The notes beneath the pieces are model-generated. The model was not told where the DNA came from and searched no databases. It worked only from the letters and a program-made list of their open reading frames with translations. From a virus (Duplodnaviria > Heunggongvirae > Uroviricota > Caudoviricetes), in the IMG/VR virus record IMGVR_UViG_2684622670_000024, positions 1-5,474 of that record: 5,474 bases of DNA. The stretch is one strand, 5' to 3'. The number at the start of each line of letters is the position of its first letter. Within the stretch, counting starts at the first letter, position 1. Made by a program: the position numbers and the translations under genes. Shown here one piece after another: positions 4,423 to 5,474 of this stretch.

Positions 4423-5474
4423 TCGTCACCGCCCTTACTGTTCTTGCTGATTGTCACTTCCTGCTTCCATGCCTGGCTGAACTCGTCACCACCTTCACGC
4501 GGCGGCATCCCCTCACGCTCACGGGCTTCGTTCGGATTCATGATCCCGTTCTTAATCCCTTTCTCATACGTGGCGTAACGTTCGGTAGGGGTGGCGCGCA
4601 GTAAATCGGCTGAATCAAACTCAACCAGATAACGGGTACCAGGTACGGGAGAAGCCATCAGCAAAGCAGCCTTGATTTGCTGTTCGAAGTTCGCCAGCCA
4701 CGGGCGCATTGTCATGGTCAGAAACGCGCGGCTTGCCTCACTGAAATTGCTGTAGGTGCTGTTGCTGTATTCCTGAAGAAAAATCGGCGACACGTTGAAC
4801 ATACGAGCAATGTCTTCAATGGAGAAGCGACGGGAGGCCAGCCATTCCGCATCCTGGTTACTCATCCCCAGTTGCTTGTAATCCATGCCCCCTTCAAGGA
4901 TTGGCGTTTTTCCGGCATTTTTCGCCCCCTTATAGCGTTCCAGAGCATCTAATGCCTGTTTACCTTTCACGCCGTCCAGCCATTCGCCTGACGTGATAAT
5001 CCCTGCCGCCATCATGCCATCTTTCATAATGCTGGCTCCGTGACGCTGTTGAGCAAGGCCAAGCCCAAGTGCCTCACGGCAAATCGTGACAGGGGAGCGC
5101 CCCAGAAAGCCATCATCCGAGGCATAGCGGAGATGCAGAACTTCTTCCTGTAAATACGTGCGCACCGTTCCTGTATAGGGTTCGGTGATGGTATAGCGGT
5201 ATTTGTGTGCGCCTGTGCGTTCCGGTACAACACAACCCGGTGCATAAGGATGAAGTGATTTTGGCTGACCGTCCCGCCCCCACTCAATAACCGCATAGGC
5301 GTTACCGTTCAGCAGGCAGTGACGCATCATTGTGCGTTTAAACTGGTAAGGTGTCTGGCATGAATTTGGCTGCTCATTCAGCAGAATATCTACCGGGTGA
5401 CTGTCCAGCCATTCCCGCGCCTCCCTGCCCTTGTCATTACGTACCAGATACAGATAACACGGCATCGTGGCCAC
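4419..5474 (-). CDS. Phage portal protein (HK97-family-like), 5'-partial; the ORF runs off the right edge of the window, so the true N-terminus is not in view
   Basis: 351 aa visible. Central and C-terminal segments (e.g. ...DAEWLASRRFSIEDIARMFNVSPIFLQEYSNSTYSNFSEASRAFLTMTMRPWLANFEQQI... and ...RYLVEFDSADLLRATPTERYATYEKGIKNGIMNPNEAREREGMPP...) match what I recall of the conserved core and C-terminal region of HK97-type portal proteins. Stop TGA at 4419-4421 overlaps the next gene's ATG (4420-4422). The first codon in the window is GTG, which is not the real start. Confidence 0.82.
   Translation of the reverse strand: MATMPCYLYLVRNDKGREAREWLDSHPVDILLNEQPNSCQTPYQFKRTMMRHCLLNGNAYAVIEWGRDGQPKSLHPYAPGCVVPERTGAHKYRYTITEPYTGTVRTYLQEEVLHLRYASDDGFLGRSPVTICREALGLGLAQQRHGASIMKDGMMAAGIITSGEWLDGVKGKQALDALERYKGAKNAGKTPILEGGMDYKQLGMSNQDAEWLASRRFSIEDIARMFNVSPIFLQEYSNSTYSNFSEASRAFLTMTMRPWLANFEQQIKAALLMASPVPGTRYLVEFDSADLLRATPTERYATYEKGIKNGIMNPNEAREREGMPPREGGDEFSQAWKQEVTISKNSKGGDE

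Noticed and set aside
4677-5296. Plus-strand 91-aa ORF (4677-4952) and minus-strand 90-aa ORF (5024-5296) inside the portal gene
   Set aside because: Embedded in the portal reading frame region in other frames; non-protein-like composition.
1-5474. CRISPR array, tRNA/tmRNA gene or insertion-sequence ends
   Set aside because: No regularly spaced identical repeats with unique spacers, no recognisable tRNA T-arm/acceptor pattern and no terminal inverted repeats flanking a transposase-like ORF were seen by eye. A proper tRNA scan was not possible.

Overview
The window is dominated by a leftward-transcribed (minus-strand) phage-type DNA-packaging and head-completion operon. In transcription order it reads: portal (5'-truncated by the window edge) -> head-closure/adaptor -> gp6-like head-tail connector -> HNH endonuclease -> ~290 bp structured non-coding gap (candidate cos region) -> P27-type small terminase -> large terminase -> a translationally coupled 96-aa ORF of unknown function. 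Most gene junctions are overlapping stop/start codons. Downstream of this block (positions 1-~780) is an ORF-poor region carrying four co-oriented matches to the IHF core consensus (WATCARNNNNTTR), three with an identical upstream CGAAAA tract, plus two adjacent perfect palindromes and short GTTTYC repeats. The far-left ~120 bp is AT-rich (about 35% G+C by hand count). The gene order is not the canonical HK97-like order (HNH-cos-TerS-TerL-portal-protease-capsid-connectors), and no protease or major capsid gene lies between portal and connectors. I read this as the packaging end of a compact prophage or phage-satellite (PICI-like) element with a possible attachment-site arm or element boundary at the left; this is inference and cannot be confirmed without database searches. 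All protein calls rest on my recognition of family-typical motifs in the supplied translations, not on any search. No rRNA, tRNA or CRISPR array was seen.
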